The notes below the pieces were generated by a model, which was not told the origin of the DNA, searched no databases, and was given only the letters and a program-made list of their open reading frames with translations. A DNA stretch of 47,002 nt from an uncultured Bacilli bacterium. GTDB lineage: Bacteria > Bacillota_I > Bacilli_A > RF39 > UBA660. A program made the position numbers and the translations under genes. Below, piece by piece: positions 46,951 through 47,002 of the stretch. Location: assembly GCA_944359075.1 (NCBI GenBank), contig CALVSR010000001.1:1-47002 (forward strand). The letters are read 5' to 3'. Each line of letters starts with the position of its first letter. The stretch's first letter is position 1.

Positions 46951-47002
46951 TCATGTGTTTTTTTCTAATAATTTTGCGATATCATTTGTATTTAGTAGCT
47001 TA
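46951..47002 (-). CDS. 3' end of an unidentified gene starting beyond the right edge
   Basis: Open minus-strand frame ...KLLNTNDIAKLLEKNT, stop TGA at 46953-46951. Only 16 codons are visible. Confidence 0.3.
   Translation of the reverse strand, partial: KLLNTNDIAKLLEKNT

Noticed and set aside
46869-46966. Possible ~65-nt sRNA (TTGACA box, two hairpins, U-tract)
   Set aside because: No acceptable -10 element lies at the proper spacing. The hairpins are adequately explained as terminators for the convergent genes.

Overview
AT-rich chromosomal segment from a low-GC Bacillota-like organism, probably a spore-former. The backbone shows Bacillus-type synteny (dnaG-sigA-trmK with divergent yqfQ-like; yqeG-yqeH; sigK-like; murE-truB-nfo; folD-ogt), and almost everything is on the minus strand. 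All calls come from hand translation and remembered family motifs; no searches were run.

Main points:
1. The ORF track misses a >=1,534-codon minus-strand gene filling 1..4604. It runs off the left edge and encodes a giant surface protein with about 15 tandem ~88-aa beta-sandwich repeats that are near-identical at DNA level. It lies next to pilC-pilD.
2. Four tandem type IV pilin paralogs sit 22 kb away. No PilB/PilT ATPase is in the window.
3. The region 12.9-20.1 kb is an eroding accessory stretch with nonsense codons, single-base homopolymer deletions and truncated genes (Bro-N-like, Ppx-like, cutA remnant, SDR, a split small ORF).
4. The best candidate for an undescribed system is 38.5-43.3 kb. 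A soluble HerA/VirD4-like P-loop ATPase is translationally coupled to a protein with a ~9-residue cysteine ladder. After a strong terminator comes an orphan PPDK-type PEP/pyruvate-binding TIM-barrel domain fused to an unrecognised 340-aa N-terminal region.

No rRNA, tRNA, CRISPR array or intact mobile element was seen.
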